Source: the human T2T-CHM13v2.0 reference genome, Homo sapiens. Taken from it: a stretch of DNA of 64,000 nucleotides. Both the position numbers and the translations under genes were made by a program. Positions 1-13,281 of this stretch are shown here, piece by piece. The notes beneath the pieces are model-generated. The model had not been told where the DNA came from and did no database searches. It worked only from the letters and a program-made list of their open reading frames with translations. Location of the stretch: the NCBI RefSeq assembly GCF_009914755.1, contig NC_060927.1, one strand, 5' to 3'. The stretch's first letter is position 1, and each line of letters starts with the position of its first letter.

Positions 1-158
1 TGGGCATGACTCAAAAAGTGTACAGAGAAAGTGCCTGGGTGACTCAGCTGAGGCCTTATTCGCTCTCTCCCACCTCTTCCCAACTCCTTTCACCAACCAG
101 AGTGGAGAACAGGGGATCTGGCTTTCCCAATTCAAAGTGGTAACCAAGAATTGCCCTC

Positions 159-538
159 TGCAGAAGATGCTGTCAATACCCGTGTGTATCCTCTTGGCCT
201 CCCCCGGAAGTTGCCTCTAGGTTTGCCTCTACACACATTGGTCATCTCTGTGGCCAGTGGGCTACCCTCAACCCACGAGGGCCAGGATTTGGAAGATCAA
301 TAGCCCAGCATCCTTCACCCTCAGGAAGAAGTTCTGAAGTGTGTTCCACACAGTCTCTCAGTGCGACTGAGCCAAGTTGCCCACAGCAGTAATCTGTGCA
401 TTAATGTCAATAAGGGACATTGGCTTCCTCCATTCCACGTTGCACTTCTTAGTGCTTCCTGAGCTCTCCTCCCAAATAAACCATTTGCACCTAAATCTCT
501 GTCCCAAGATCTGCTTTAGGGGAACCCGTACTAAAATG
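159..538 (+). mobile_element. ERVL solo LTR, LTR16 family
   Basis: LTR16-type 3' end 'cctcccaaataaaccatttgcacctaaatctctgtcccaagatctgctttaggggaaccc' and internal 'agttgcccacagcagtaa'. Confidence 0.75.
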
Positions 539-794
539 TCTTAACCAGGCTCTATGCAAAAGGGTAGAGTCAAGTCCCCAGTAAGCAACTGGGCTGTTAT
601 GAGGTAAAGGGAATTGATGATGAACAACCACAAATGTCAAATAATCACGCATCCATTAAAATGATAGCAACAAAAAATTTTAAAAAGATTTTTAAAAGGG
701 GGAAAACCTACTTAAAACTTTTATTTTGCTACCTTGTTTTAAGATAAATAGAATAAGATCTTCCAGTTGTATGATCATGTCTTTTAGAAGTACT

Positions 795-1297
795 TGTATT
801 AGTTATCTGTCACTGTATAAAATACTGTTCCAAAACATGGTGATTTAAAACCATAAACATCTATTATCTCACAGTTTTTGTGGGTCAGTTATTTGGGGAC
901 AGCTTTGTCAGGAGGGTCTAGCATGGGGGCTCTTGTGAGATTAGAGAAAAGATGTCAGCTGGGGCTGAGGTCACCTGAAGTCTGGAAGATCTGCTTCCAA
1001 GCTGGTGTTCTCACATGGCTGTTGGCAGGAGGCCTCAGTTTCTCACCACATGGGCCTCCCTAAAGGAATGCTTGAGTGTCCTCCTGACACGGCAGATGGT
1101 GGCCCCGAGTGAGTGATCCAGGAAGAGCAGGAGGATGGAAGCTGTCTTTTGAGATCTAGCTTCTGAAGTCACATTATTCATTTCTGCAGAATCCAATTGT
1201 TTACACAAGTCAGCCCTATTCCAAGTAGAAGAGGACTCCATATGAGTGTAAATATCAGGAGGTGGTGAGTACTGGGGACCATTTAGAGGCTGGCACA
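795..1297 (-). mobile_element. MaLR solo LTR (MLT1F/H-like) with 5-bp TSD GTACT
   Basis: tgtattagtt...ggctggcaca; 'ggaggcctcagtttctcaccacatgggcctc'; GTACT at 790-794 and 1298-1302. Confidence 0.85.
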
Positions 1298-2599
1298 GTA
1301 CTCATCTTCTTCTACATCAGTCAGCTATTTTTGATGTCTTTATGAAACTGACTAATGAACAATTCTACTGTGGAGTTGAGTCAGGGACCCCCAACCCACA
1401 TCTACTAGGTCCACAACTAGATGCTTAGGGTAACAGTTTACTACGTAGCCAACATGTTCTCTGTTGTGAAAGTAAGGACATCAGTGCAGTGTATTTAACT
1501 TGTGCATGTGATTCTGGCCTTGAGTCTGAGAATAACCAAGTTGCCAGAGTTGGAACCAAAATGTGACTTGTGCTGGATAGACTTGTGTCTGGACAGACAG
1601 TCTCTCCCCTGCCAATTTTCTACCTCCTCCTCCACAGTGAACAGATCCTAAACTCTAGCGTGAAGTAAACAAAAGAGAGAAAATTCCTTTGTAAGCCCAC
1701 CAGAACCTAATAAAAACAGAGCCATATGCTGCAGAACCCAATCCGGAAATTCCAGCTTAACATAAAAAATATAAAATACCGTCCTCAATGTGCCAAGCTT
1801 TTATAAAGAAGATGAGTGACTCTGCCAACCCAAATAAGAGGGAAGGCCAAATGAGTTAAAGTGCCAAGCACATTTTAGAACTACCCTGCCCCCTCCAAAT
1901 CATAAATCCAATGTTAGTAGGGCCTGTGGAGAAGGGCCTGGAAGATTATCTTTCATGGCATTCTTTTTATTCACCAGGGCTTCATGTGCGTGAGTCTTAG
2001 ATTGTACTGACCCGGAGCTCAAAGGGAGAATAACATTGTTACCTGAGAAATCAGCCCCTAAAAATAGACTGTAACAAGAGCATTTCTCTTCATGAGAAAT
2101 GGAAATTACAGGGATATTTTGAAAAGCATGGAAATTTATACAATAGCAGTATCCTATGCATTGATTTAAAGAGTGGGGCATTTCACTGCAAATTTGGGAC
2201 ATAAATACACTGATTCAGATGACAAAATGCCAGACTTAAACAGCGCTAGACAGCTCTTTTGCAGAAATGTTAATTGCATGTGCTCTCTGATTCCCTAACG
2301 CAATCACTGGACTTGCAACCGTGTGGCTGCTTGGTCCAAAAAACTGGGAGGCACCTTGACATTTCTCACTCACACACTCACACTCCGTTTCTAATTTATT
2401 ATCAAGGTTTTTATATGCCATATCTTTCTCAATTTTGTCCACATCTCTCTGTCTCCACCACCCCACTCAGGCCTCTTGCTGGAGAGCTGCAGACACCCCC
2501 ACATTCTTATTCCTGCTTCTATTCTTGCCACACCCCTCCTCCGCAGAAGTTATCATTAGTTTCTTCTCTGACTGACACACTCAAAATAAAAGTGTAAGA

Positions 2600-3007
2600 A
2601 GTGTGGAGGTTAGAAATCCAGGGCTGGCATGGCATTCTTTCACATCACCAGAGACCCAGCCTTCTTCATTCTTGTGTTCTACTGTGTGGCTTCTGTGCCA
2701 AGGTCACCTCATGTATCAAAATGGCTGCTAGAGCTCCGGCCATTACATTTGAGTTGCAGCTAGCAGGAATGAGGAAAAGGGTTGAAGAAAATCATGCCTC
2801 CTTTTTAAAAGGACACTTCCCAGAATCATACACACAAACCTTTACATTGCGTTGGCTATAACTTAGTTGCATGACCACACCTGGTGGCAAGGGAGGTTAA
2901 GGAATTTAGTCTTTATTCCAGTCATGAGCCCAGTAAAAATCAGGGCTGCTATTACTAAAGAAAAGGATAGAGCAGATATTAGGGTGCTACAAGTAGTTTC
3001 TGCTTCA
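2600..3007 (-). mobile_element. MaLR LTR (MLT1J/K-like)
   Basis: 'aaatggctgctagagctccggccattacattt', 'cacacctggtggcaagggagg' match the old MLT1 antisense pattern. Confidence 0.65.
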
Positions 3008-3069
3008 CCTCTTCCATATCCCCTCAGCCAGAACATGTTCTTTATATGCCCTATGAGGACAAGCTCATA

Positions 3070-3760
3070 GAGGTCCCATAGGCCATGGTAAATAGTTTAG
3101 TTTTATTGGACGATGGGAAGCCACTGTGGAGTTTTAAGCATGCAAATGATGTGACCTGATGTGCGTCTTTAAAAGTTCACCTTGGCTACTCTGGAGCACC
3201 AGGTGTAGTCAGGCACACATAAGGCAGGAAGACCATCCAGGAGGCCAGTATAGTGCTCCAAGGGAGAGGTGATAAAAGTGGTAGCAATAGCAGTGCTGAG
3301 AAGTGGTTGAGCTTGAGCCATACTGTGGTTATAGAGCCAACAAAACTTGTTGATAATTTGGAATGTGGGTATGATCAAATGAAGTGTGGTCAGGATGGTC
3401 CCTGGATTTTAGACAGGGATGCCATACCATTCATTGAGGATGAACTGGCTAGGAGAGGAGCACACCGAAGAAGGGAAAAATCAGAAGTTCTTTTTTGGAG
3501 GAGTTAGCAGTGCCTAGCAGGTATCTAAGTGAAGACATCAGGTAGACAGTTGGTAGAGGAGTCTGGTGTGCAAGGGCAGGGCCAGGGCTGGAGGTATATA
3601 TATTTTTGGATTCCTGAGCACATGGATGATATCGAAAGCCATAGAACTGGGTGAGATCACCTATGGAGAATAGCAATGCAAGAAGAGGAGGGGAGGAAAG
3701 GAAAGAAGAGAGGCTAAGGACAAAAACCTTGATGTATTCTAATACGTACAACTCTGGGAC
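3070..3760 (-). mobile_element. L2 LINE fragment
   Basis: 'gatgggaagccactgtggagttttaagca', 'aggcaggaagaccatccaggaggcc'. Confidence 0.7.
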
Positions 3761-4359
3761 ATAGGACATGGATCACTCAAAAACTCAGTTCCCTGAACTA
3801 TAAAATGGGAATGTGTCTGGAAAAGTGCATGGGCCTTCATATAATTCTTTGCAAATGAAAGATAGTCCTTGCTTCTGCATCAAAATATAAGCAGTATACT
3901 TTGAAACAACTGATTACCTTTATCCAGTCAACTGGAATGTTTTATAGCCAGCTGTCATAAAAAATAAGTTGTGGTTTCGTTGTGTTTAACATAACTCTGC
4001 TTGTCTTTGCTTTGGTTTTCAGTATCAGTTTATGTGTTTAGACGTAGCCCATGAACCACCATATAAATGTAAAATTTGTTATTAAAAGTGTACATAAAAC
4101 CTCCTTCATAGTTCTCTTGTTTTATGTAACAAATAACATCCCAAAACACCCTTGGGAAAAGGATTTGGAAGATAAACATCTAAAAGTAGAAAAAAATGTT
4201 CTGTTTTGTTTTTTACATTGCTGGCCACCATATTAAATTTGTTCAGGTATATCATGATAAAAATAATAAAAAGGAAAATGGCTAACATTTCTTAAACACC
4301 TACCATATATGGGACATGGTAATTATTATTATGTACATCATCTTATTTGATTTTTTTTT

Positions 4360-4515
4360 CCGGCTATGGTAAGAGGTGGGTATTACTATATGCAGGTTAC
4401 AGTAGGAAAAACTGAGGCCCAGAGATCTTGAGTAACTTTTCAAGCTAGAAAGTATCAGAGCCGGTTTATAAATCCAGGTTAAGTTGGCCCTGAAATGCAT
4501 GCACTGAACTTTCAT
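4360..4515 (-). mobile_element. MIR SINE
   Basis: MIR core 'ggaaaaactgaggcccagaga'. Confidence 0.6.
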
Positions 4516-4549
4516 TCTACTGTCTCATAGTTATGATCTCTGTTGCTTC

Positions 4550-5010
4550 TGTATCATATCAGTTTCCTTTTTCTGCTGTAACACGTTATTACAAACTTAG
4601 TGACTTAATACCAATTTGTTATCTTACAATGCTGTAGTTCAGAAGTCCAAACATGGTTGTTATGGGCTAAAATGAAGGTATCAACCAGGTGCATCCCTTC
4701 TGGAGGCTCGGGAGGGAATCCATTCCTTGTCTTTTTCAGCTTTGAGGGCGTGCCCACATTCCTTCCAACAATTATGTCACTCTGGCCTCATCACATCTCC
4801 CCCTCTGACTCTGGCCCTCCTGCCTCCATTGGATAAGGATAGCTGTGACTACATTGAGTCCGCTGGGATAATCCAGGCTCCTCTCCCCATCTCAACATCC
4901 TTAACTTAGCCACATCTGCAAAGTCCCTTTTGCCATGGAAGGAAATATATTCACAAGTCCTGGGTATAGGATGTGAACATCTTTGGGGGAGTATCATTCT
5001 GTCTACCGCA
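4550..5010 (-). mobile_element. MaLR solo LTR (MLT1C/D-like)
   Basis: 'gataatccaggctcctctccccatctcaacatccttaacttagccacatctgcaaagtccc'; TG...CA ends. Confidence 0.85.
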
Positions 5011-5744
5011 CTTACCTGACTTCTCTTGCATGTTCCCATCTTTCTCTTTAACGAGGAAATTGTGATAGAGCATTTGAGGTCTCCACGCAGTGGTGAGTCC
5101 CCTTTTGGGGCCTTTGCCCACCTGTATCTGTCAGATAGTGTTCTGGCCTGGGAAACATGGGCCCTGGGCAGTGTGGGGTCCCCTGCCTCCCAGTGAACTG
5201 GTCTCTGCCATTCATTTATCTTCTTTAGGTTGGACACGGGGAATGTGGGGGAAATGGGCACCCCCCATTCTACAGGCTGCAGATGGGGTTGCTTCTATTT
5301 TCAAACAGCTCCTCCCATCCCCATGCCTTTTTCCCAAGGTCATAAGCCCTGAGCGGAAGAAGAAAGCTGAGAGGAGTCTGACGGGTGAACGGCAGCTTTC
5401 AGTGGTGGCATTCAGCCCTTTGTTGTCTCTGACTTTTCCAGCCACAGCCCACATTCCCAATAACATGGCCCAGCTCCAACCACAGCCAGCTCCTCACCAG
5501 CCCTGAACGGACCCTGCCCTTTCACTTATCACTGCATATGCACACTGACCTCCCACTAAGTGCCCTGGACTCCTTTGCTGGCTGAGAATTGACTTATCTT
5601 TGAAGATGGCCCACATATCACATCCTTCAGAAAACCTAAACTGATTCCCCTGGTCAGAGTTAATAGGACTGCCCTCTGGGCTCCCAGTCACTTTGCTCAT
5701 ACCCATTTTTAGACAGAAACCCTGCAGCTGCAAGTGCCCACGCC

Positions 5745-6150
5745 CAACAGGAACTTACTGACTTATGTAGCTGACGTTCAGGAGTGGATCTTGCTTCAGG
5801 TATAGCTGGATCCAGGGTCTCAGCCAATTTCGTCAGCTTCCTGAGTTTCCTCTGTCCTTCTCTCTACATCTCCCTACATCTTAGCTCTGTCCTTTTCCAT
5901 ATGCCCACCCATGCAGCTTGAGACAGTGACTGCTATCCTCACCTAATTCCAGTTTTACAAACCCAGTGGAAAACAAGGCCCTCTCTCCCTCACACAAATG
6001 CCAGTCCTAAGGAGGAATCGTTTGCCCTGTTGTTCCCCTGCCCATCACTAAACACATCACTTTGTCCAGAGAGGATAAAATTATCTGTCATTGGCCACTC
6101 TGGGTCATATTTCCAACCTTGCATGGAGAAGACAGGGCACTTCGGGTCAG
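5745..6150 (-). mobile_element. Old MaLR LTR (MLT1K/L-like)
   Basis: 'gcttcaggtatagctggatccagggtctca'; strongly diverged. Confidence 0.5.
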
Positions 6151-6470
6151 CTCCAGTGGGACTCACGGTGTTGGAGAGGGGATCCCCAAAGGGCCATGCT
6201 AAACAGACCAAAATCACAGTGTCTTTGTCCTACACAGCTGGGGTAGCACTTACCACTTTGTATTTTCCTTCATCTCTTTAAACCATTAGCTACTAGTTAT
6301 CATCACTTCAATTCTGTAACTTGAATTCATACGTTTCATTCATTTGACAAATACTGACCAAATGCCTACTGTGTGCTAGACTGAGGGGCACGAAATTAGG
6401 CTGTGTCTTACTCCTCACGGCAACACTGTGGGCTGGGCATTTTCATTACCCCCACACAGGGATGACATAG

Positions 6471-6873
6471 TGTTATGGGTTGAATGGTGTACCCCCAAAT
6501 TCATATGTCAAAATCCTAGCCTCCAGTATCTCAGAATGTGACTGTATTTGAAAATAGAATCTTTACAGAGGTAATCAAGTCAACATGAGGTCCTTAAGGT
6601 ACGCCCTAATCCAGTATGACTGGTGTTCCTATCAAAAGGGGAAATTTGGACACAGAGACATGCATAAAGGAAGAAAAGGTGAAGACGTCCATCTACAAGT
6701 CAAGGAGAGAGGCCTAGAGTAGATCCTTCCCTCACAGTCCTCAGAAGGAACCAACTTTGTGGATGCTTTGACCTTAGACTCCCAACCTCCAGAACTGTGA
6801 GAGAAGAACTTTCAGTTGTTTAAGCTACCCAGTTTGTGGTACTTTGTTAGGGAAGCCCTAGAAAACTAATATA
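6471..6873 (+). mobile_element. MaLR solo LTR (MLT1B-like) with 5-bp TSD CATAG
   Basis: tgttatgggttgaat...gccctagaaaactaatata; CATAG at 6466-6470 and 6874-6878. Confidence 0.9.
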
Positions 6874-7326
6874 CATAGATATACTATGTATTTGCCTATG
6901 TGCATTGCATGTGCACACACACACATACACAGGTGCACATGCACACACACATATCATTCCATTTTTTTAAAAAAGCCCCTAAAAAATAAAATGATCATGA
7001 ATGCTTAGCAAAGAAATCAACTAAATTTCATTTATAGTCATCACCACCCACCCCTTCTCTCCACAACTAGAATAAAAGGGCTTCATTAAAGGAAGTAAGA
7101 ACAAAAAAACTTTCTTGTCTCTCACCTTCTACATAAAAGGTTTACTCAGGGGAAATCACCATTTGAAAGCCAGTTTTATCTGGGTCTTACTTAGAAACAG
7201 CCTTACCAGAATGCAGAAGTGGAGCGAGAGAAGAGGAGAAAGACCGTCTTTAAGCCACATGTCTGTTGCTGCTCACAAGGGAGACCGTTGGGAGAGCCAG
7301 GAGCTGAACAGGCAGAGAGACCCACG

Positions 7327-7436
7327 AGCGTTGCCAACCATCTAGTTCTGCCTGGGACTAAGGGATTCCTGGGATCTGGAACTTTCAGTGCTGAAAATTG
7401 GATAGTCCTAGGCACACCAGATGGCTGGTGTCCCTC
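7327..7436. mobile_element. MER81 (hAT-Blackjack) MITE
   Basis: 'ctgggactaagggattcctgggatctggaactttcagtgctgaaaattgg' matches the MER81 core. Confidence 0.7.
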
Positions 7437-7659
7437 CAGTCCTTTGCCCCACAGGGTGGCAGGTTCCAAGGAGAGGCTGTGGAGCGGACAGCCTGTGCTG
7501 GGACCCCAGTCCCTGCCTCCTCGCTGGGCAGAAGATTCACCTGTCTGAGCCTCAGTTTCCTTAGCTTGAAGATGGGGATAATAAGAATAATACCTTACCC
7601 TGTAAAGGTGTTGAGAGGCGTGGCAGTAGCCCCTGGATGTTCCTGAGGTGAGCGGTTCG

Positions 7660-8070
7660 GGCTGAACTCAGACTCACCTGCTTTGCCTGGAAGCATCTTT
7701 CTGTATTTTGCTTTAGGGCTTTCTGTGCTGAGGCAGCTTGCTTGGCCAGTGCAGAAAGCACAGGCCAGGACAGCAGAGGAGCTAATGCCCCCGAGGGTAA
7801 CCTTCTACCAATTAGGCTTAGAAGCAGTGAATCAGTGCTTAGACCTCCCTGACGTTCGGGAACATCTGTTGGAGGCATTCTCTATGCTTCTCAAGGCCCC
7901 ACTGCAGCTGGCTTTGGGGTCTGGAGCAGCAATTTTGAGAAGCCCCCTTATATGAGCCTGACAGTCATCCACTCCACACTCCTGCTTCCTAGAGTGACCT
8001 CTCAAGTAAATCCCCTGTATCCAAGCCCTTGTTGCAGGCTCAGGCTTCAGGGGAAACCAAACTTCGGATA
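7660..8070 (+). mobile_element. ERVL solo LTR, LTR16A-like
   Basis: 'gagctaatgcccccgagggtaaccttc', end 'caagcccttgttgcaggctcaggcttcaggggaaaccaaac'. Confidence 0.65.
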
Positions 8071-8962
8071 ATTAAAAGTCACAACCAGGTTTAGCAAATG
8101 TCAAGCAGCCATTTCAAAAATGCCCATTGTGGTTATTTGTCTGGGGTTTAGAGTTCACGGGTGCTGGGAAACCCTGCTTTTAAGGTGGGCCATCTCAGGG
8201 ACCCAGAGGCTGCCAATATACTTTAGTAACAGCCCTAAGAAAGTGGATCGAGTCCACCTGTAGATAGATGTCACTTGGCTAAGCTGAAATTTGTTCAAAA
8301 TGGAAAATGCCTGGAAGAGTTTGGGGTATTTCTTCAAGTTGGATGAAAGCGTTTCACCCTCCCAACTGTATAAAATTGTGGGTGCCTAAAATTATAACCA
8401 TTCTCCCCACCATTGGTTTTTATGTCCTCAAAGCAATGAGATAAAGGAACAACAAAAAGTCTGTACGATAGCCAAACACAATCGTGTGATTTTTCCAGGG
8501 CACTAAAGGGTGGTTAGGGTACCTTCCCAATGCTCACTTAGCTTGTAAACAAATAGCTTTAGGCAAGCGACCTTGTCACAGAAATGTTTCTGAGATTTGC
8601 AATGAGACAAGTCTTTTGACATTAAAGCCCGAAGTACACAGGGAGATGAAAATGACAGCAGGGTCTGGATTCAAAAGAAATGACGATGGTGTTCCACAAC
8701 ATGCCATCTGAATATAAGCCGTTTCCCATAAGGATTTCCGCCCAACATTTCTCCAGATATGGATCAAGAGTATTTGAGATCCAAGGGCTGGAAGTGTGGC
8801 TCGACTCCTGTTAGGTATTGGTTGAAGGCGAGCTATGCCTAGGTTCTCTAAGGCTATGGATGGAGATCCAGCTCTAAAGGGGTTGCCAGGGACCCAGAAG
8901 GGTCTGAAACACAGGGAGTTAACCACAGGGGATCATCTACTTCTAGATGTCTTGAAAAAGAC

Positions 8963-9000
8963 AAGGAAGAATAATAGAGGTAAGGAAGAATAATAGAGGT
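8963..9000 (+). repeat. Exact 19-bp tandem duplication (aaggaagaataatagaggt)x2
   Basis: Seen directly. Confidence 0.95.
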
Positions 9001-9020
9001 GAGGAATTGGGATCCTTAAA

Positions 9021-9178
9021 CAGCACTTCTCAAACTTTCATGTTTATTTGAATCCCCTGGGGCTCTTGTTAAGATGTTGATTCTGATTCAGTAGGCCCAG
9101 CATTGGGCCTGAGATTCAGCATTTCCCATAAGTTCCCAGGTGATGTTCTTGGTTCACAGACCACACTTTGAGGAGCAA
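9021..9178. mobile_element. MER5 (hAT-Charlie) MITE
   Basis: 'gattctgattcagtaggcccagcattgggcctgagattcagcattt...gaccacactttgag'. Confidence 0.8.
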
Positions 9179-10155
9179 AGCTTAAAAGACAGGGGCTGTA
9201 AAACGGACTTGAATAGCAAAGACATCGGAGCAGAAGTTTTGTGCCCCGCTGCAAGCTTGTTAAAGTTTCTCCTCAAATCACCACTCTGGGTATGTGTGGG
9301 GCAGAGATTGAGAAAGGCTGAGAGAGGATCTGAGGGAAGAAGGAAGAGAGAGGGGGAGGGAGAGGGAAAGAAGAGAGGCTGGGAAAGACCATATGTGATT
9401 ACTTCTACTTCAGTGAAATCAGAGAACAGAGCTAATTTCTCCAGATACTACTATGATTTCTGTACTGAAAGATTCTTTAATTAAATAAACACATTCTTAA
9501 AGACCATTTCCTTCGTAGCTGTCAGCACCCAGTCCTCGTTACCAAGATAATCAGGGACTGTGAGTCCTGGAGGGGCCCCTAGAGATCACTTATCCAATTC
9601 TTCCAATTTTCCCCAAATTTAGGACTTGAAAAGCAAACTGCAGAAGGATTAGACTACCGATGAAGGCCTTCTAAATGAAGCCATTTGGAGAGGTGTCTCA
9701 ACCTGTCCATATTGGGGCATAAAAATCTGATCCATTTCTATCTTTGCAATTGCTGCTATGAACAGTGCAGCGTGGACATTCACCCTCATCCCATCCCTGC
9801 ATCTCCAAATGGTAAAGGATTCCTTAACTGACTTTTAATCCTATTCTGTAACTTCCCACCTCTAGTGATCATTAACATGGTCTCACTTTGGATCTTAAGG
9901 CTCAGCTCTATTCATTTTAAAGCTTCAATCTCATATTTGATTGAAAGTTTGCCTACTTTTTGCCAGGGAGATGGCCCCAGAGGTGGTTCTCCCCACAAAG
10001 CCCCAGCCCTCGGCTGATGGGGAGAGAGACAGAAAACTGACTTCCTCTTCTCTTCTGCAGCCCAGGGCTGGCGTGGATGTCTCCTTTTTCTTTATCATCA
10101 TTTCCAGGCTCTCTGTAGGGCAATTCCCAAAGGCTCATTCTTGGTGAAGCGTATT

Positions 10156-10631
10156 TGTGGAGCTTTTAAAATAGGCCCATAGACTCTTTAGTTTCCCTCT
10201 CCGTGAACATAAGCCAGGCTTAGTGATTCATTTCTAACAAACAGAATGTGGCAGAAGTTATGCAGTGTGGCTTCTGACTTAGGTTAGAAAATGTGATCCA
10301 AATTCCACCTGGCTCGGTCTCCTGGAGTATTTGCCTTTGGGACCAGCCACCATGCTGTGCAGAAGCCAAGCATGGAAAGGCCATGTGTAGGTATTTTAGG
10401 CAACAGCTCCAGCCAAGGTTCCCCCAAGGGCCGGCATTCACCACCAGACACGTGAGTGAGAGGCCCCAGCTCTTGGCCTTGGAGCCACTCAAGCTGATAA
10501 TGAGTGATCAGGGAGGAGCTGTCTTGCTGAGAACGGCCCAATCTGCATATTCATGAGCAGAATGATGAGTTGTTTTGTTAAGCTACCAAGTATTGGGATG
10601 GTTTGGTACCCAGCATTAAATAACCACAACA
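10156..10631 (+). mobile_element. MaLR solo LTR (MLT1G/H-like)
   Basis: 'agaatgtggcagaagt', 'agccaccatgctgtgcagaagccaagc', end 'ttgttttgttaagctaccaag...aaataaccacaaca'. Confidence 0.8.
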
Positions 10632-11336
10632 AAAATGGTTGGTTCTTTGGAAAACCCACTGGGGATCTCCCTACTGCACAGAGCCTAGACACAGGTGATC
10701 TGGTTCAGGCTCAATTTCCTCTTGCCCCACCCCTGGGTTCTGCTCTGAGCCATCAGCTTCATGGCAGGCCTTAGTATCAAGGTCCCTGTGCCCAGAGGGT
10801 GGCGCTCCTGGTGGGAACAGCCCAGCTACCTTCACTGGTATCCGCTGACCCATGGAAGACTGGCGTACCCTTGCTAGGCCCCTAGGTGGGCCTTTAGGCA
10901 ACCCCACCCCTCCTAGAGTCACAGTCTCATCTCCTTCATCTCCTTCCTGCCCCTCTCTCCAAACCCAGGAGCTCCTGGACTAGAGTTTGACAACTTTGGG
11001 CCAAAGAGACTATCACCATTCCCTGACATGCTCCACGTGCACCATCTTTTAAGAGGTGGGATATGCAAAGGGGAGAGGAGGTTGCTGCCCCACACGCTGC
11101 AGTGGGCCCACGAGGTTACTGCCCTTCTCTCTCTACCCAGCTTCTCTTCCATCCATGGGTGGGAATAGAGGGGGCTGATGGCATTGGGGACTCAGCCAAA
11201 ATGTCACCACCCACAAACCCTGCAGGGAAGTGGTTGGTCCAGGCAGTTGGTGGTTCTCAGAATTTGGATTGAGGAATACTTAACAGTATGGCTGCAACAT
11301 GTCTTGTGCAGTTTGGGCACTGCCCAACTCCCAGGG

Positions 11337-11556
11337 CAGGGGTCTGCAACTTTTTACCGTACTGGGTCAGACAGTAAATATTTTGGGCTTCTCAGACCAT
11401 GTAAGATCTGCCTCAATTATACTGTGTTGTTTTAGCAAGAAAGCAGCTATATACAATACATAAATGGATGAGTATAATTGTGTTTCAATAAAACTTTATT
11501 CACTAAAACAGACAATGAGGAGATTTGGCCCCAGGATTATAGTGTGCCATCCTTCA
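11337..11556. mobile_element. MER58A (hAT-Charlie)
   Basis: 'cagacagtaaatattttgggc', 'tgtgtttcaataaaactttatt'; flanks ctccaggg/ttctaggg. Confidence 0.85.
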
Positions 11557-11774
11557 TTCTAGGGGATTCCATTCACAAAGCACAATGCACACAGTCTTAA
11601 GCTGTGGCTCTGCTTAGCACTGTGTGCTCTTTGGGCCTCGATTCTGGGAAAACAGGAACAATCCAGATGAGTGCCTGACACCATCCTGGAGGAGTGTTTT
11701 CAAGGAGGCAGTAGAATCCTCTGGGATGAGTCTAGAATATTCCTTTCACCTTCGGGAAATCTTTTGGGCATTCT

Positions 11775-12650
11775 ACTCTTTCATTCATGAAAAGAGTCAT
11801 TTTGAGCAGGTGCTCTGTGTCAAGCATTGGGCCCAGTGCTGGGAATATAACGGAGAACAAGACAGGCACAGTTCTGGTCTTTATGGAACCCGCAGAATTG
11901 TGGAGAAGAGAGACTTTGAACAAATAATTACAAATGGAATAAATCTTACAAAAGGGGAGGCTCAGGGGCTATGGGAGCTCTTGTGGGGAAGCTAAGCCCA
12001 TCTGAGGAGTCAGGAGATAGCTGTGGTCTAAAGTGTAGTCCCCAACAATTTTGGCACCAGGGACCAGTATGTGGAAGACAATTTTTCCACAGACCAAGGT
12101 GAGAGGGATGGTTTGGGATGATTCAAGCCGATTGCATTTATTGTGTACTTTATTTATATTATTATTACACTGCAATATATAATGAAATAATGATACAGCT
12201 CACCATAATGTAGAATCAGTGGGAGCTTGGAGTTTGTTTTCCTGCAACTACATGGTCCCATCTTGGGGTGATAGGGTGATGGGAAACAGTGACAGATCAT
12301 CAGGCATTAGATTCTTATAAGGAACATGCAACCTAGATCCCTTGTAAGCATAGTTCACCATAGGGTTCACACTCCTATGAGAATCTAATGCCACCACTGA
12401 TCTGACAGGAGGCAGAGCTCAGGTTGCAATGTGAGTGATGGAGATTGGCTGTAAATACAGACGAAGCTTCGCTCACTTGCCCGCGGTTCATCTCCTGCTG
12501 TACAGCCCAGTTCCTAACAGACCACAGACCTAACAGGTCAGAGTTTGTGGACCCCAGTCTAAAGGATGAAAAGGAGGTAACCAGGCAAACAGTGGAGGGA
12601 TGTGTGTTGCAGGCAGACGGGCCAGGATGTGTAAAGGGAGAGCACAGCAC
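11775..12650 (-). mobile_element. L2 fragment interrupted by MER1A
   Basis: 'ttcattcat...tgagcaggtgctctgtgtcaagcattgggcc'; L2 resumes after 12564 with 'gatgaaaaggaggtaaccaggc'. Confidence 0.65.
12034..12556 (-). mobile_element. MER1A (hAT-Charlie), near full length, 8-bp TSD GTCTAAAG
   Basis: Reverse complement of the copy at 40188-40715; GTCTAAAG at 12026-12033 and 12557-12564. Confidence 0.92.
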
Positions 12651-12744
12651 TGTGACAGAGGGTGAGCTTGCGACCTCGTATTCCATGGCTAAGTCTCTCC
12701 TCACTCTACTTTTGACCTTTTGTAGATCACCAAGATCAAGATCA

Positions 12745-13078
12745 TAACCTGGCATCTCTCATCAAGCTGGTGAATCTGTACTGCTTGGTCGCATAGTTTA
12801 AAAACTTTTGAACTATTTGCCAATATTAGAAAGTCAAGATATCTCAAATAAAATCTGTATCTCTGGCTTCTCTTATAAAAAAAATCCCAGCACCTAGGTC
12901 TAATCCCTGCCAAGTGGCAATTGGCTTGGGGCTGCTGGCGGCTGCCCCCTTAGATGGGGCATGTGCTCCCCCTTTTGTCCCAGTCCCCATCGCTCCCAAT
13001 TGCTTTATATCGGGTCTGATTCACTCATTTGCATTACTTGTCTGGCCAATGCAGACATTTGAATTTGTGACTTTCTGA
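12745..13078. mobile_element. MER102-like hAT-Charlie fragment
   Basis: 'aaaatctgtatctctggcttctctt', 'gctgcccccttagatggggcatgtgctc'. Confidence 0.55.
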
Positions 13079-13281
13079 TCCAGGCAAATCTCATAATGCA
13101 CAGAAATGGATTCAAGACAGTAGGAAAGGGAGATCTGACCACATTCTCCAAAAACAAATGTGCACTGTCGTAAAGGTGAATTATGCTTTCCTGAAAAATC
13201 CAGTCACCAAATAGACAATTCCCCAAGGCATGCTCCTGAAATGCAAGCTGGACACTGACAAAGGACATCTCTTTTCAGCCC

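Noticed and set aside
4791-5261. 156-aa minus-strand ORF
   Set aside because: Its second half is MLT1 LTR sequence; chance frame
10791-10806. CTCF-like ccagagggtggcgc (similar at ~7449 and in MER20 at ~33783)
   Set aside because: Mismatches at core positions; cannot be supported without a PWM scan or ChIP data
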